Shown here: one piece after another, positions 63,468-64,000 of the stretch | Layout of the letters: each line of letters starts with the position of its first letter | Position numbering within the stretch: the stretch's first letter is position 1 | Source: Octopus bimaculoides | Taxonomy: Eukaryota | NCBI RefSeq assembly: GCF_001194135.2 | Contig: NC_068990.1 | Coordinates: 71,632,920-71,696,919 of the forward strand | Length of the DNA stretch: 64,000 nt | Direction of reading: 5' to 3' | Program-made: the position numbers and the translations under genes | The notes under the pieces: generated by a model | The model's input: the letters and a program-made list of their open reading frames with translations, nothing else | What the model was told of the DNA's origin: nothing | Database searches by the model: none

Positions 63468-64000
63468 CAAATTGTTGGTGCTCGTATGGCAGGTGCTAGC
63501 ATAATGAAAACAGCCGAAATGTTTGGTGTATCAAGAAGTACTGTCTCAAAAGTAATAACAATCTTTGAGAAAGAGGGAAAAACCTCCTTGTCGAAACAAA
63601 ATTCCAGAAGAAAACCGAAACTATCAGATGGGGACCGTTGGACTCTTATGTGAATTGTTAGAAAGGATCACAAAAGTACAGCTCCCAAAATTACTGCAGA
63701 GCTTAACAACCATCTCAAGAACCCAGTTTCTACAAAAACTGTTTGCTGGGAGCTGCAAAAAGCCAGATTTCATGGGAGGGCTGCAATCAGAAAACCACTA
63801 CTTTCAAAAACAAATGTTGCAAAGTGTTTAGATTGGAGTAAAAACCTATAGAATTGGTCCCTGGAGCAGTGAAAGAATGTTATTTTCCCGGACGTGTCAT
63901 CCTTTACTTTATTTCCGACTACTGGCCAAGTATATGTGTGGAGACAGCCAAAAGAAGCATTTGACCCAGATTGCTTTCTTCCAACTGTTAAACATGGAGG
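63468..64000 (+). mobile_element. Tc1-like transposase, N-terminal part with in-frame stops, runs off the window
   Basis: QIVGARMAGASIMKTAEMFGVSRSTVSKV...RAAIRKPLLSK...VIFPDVSSF...VWRQPKEAFDPDCFLPTVKHGG: HTH, first catalytic Asp region and TVKHGG motif. Confidence 0.92.

Noticed and set aside
52614-64000. Search for syntrophin PDZ-coding exons (GLGxSIKGG, LxNAG motifs)
   Set aside because: None found by eye on the minus strand. They probably lie beyond the window or in the gap at 58824-59061.

Overview
AT-rich, repeat- and microsatellite-dense animal genomic DNA with seven N gaps. The SINE/MITE/LINE content looks like a coleoid cephalopod, most likely Octopus (inference). Two multi-exon genes face each other tail to tail. 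(1) Clathrin light chain on + (3004-18592). Exon 1 is not in the window. There are four core exons, plus two frame-preserving cassette microexons (39 nt at 9750-9788, 27 nt at 14151-14177) at the same junction where vertebrate CLTA/CLTB carry neuron-specific inserts. (2) A gamma-syntrophin on - (nine exons from 50009 down to 33023; PH and SU region). Two further candidate small exons lie upstream, and I could not find the PDZ exons in the window. The rest is decayed transposable elements: CRE-like, RTE-like and R4-like non-LTR fragments, Tc1, mariner, a Buster/SPIN-type hAT, a Helitron 5' part, TTAA-flanked MITEs and many SINEs. Notable unexplained structure: a near-identical 129-bp inverted pair bracketing two Clc exons, a 755-bp intronic palindrome containing a Penelope-type hammerhead-like motif, and a CpG-rich island just downstream of Clc. 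Nearly all ORFs in the supplied track are artefacts of microsatellites, gaps or TE remnants. Coordinates were counted by hand, and TE boundaries are approximate.
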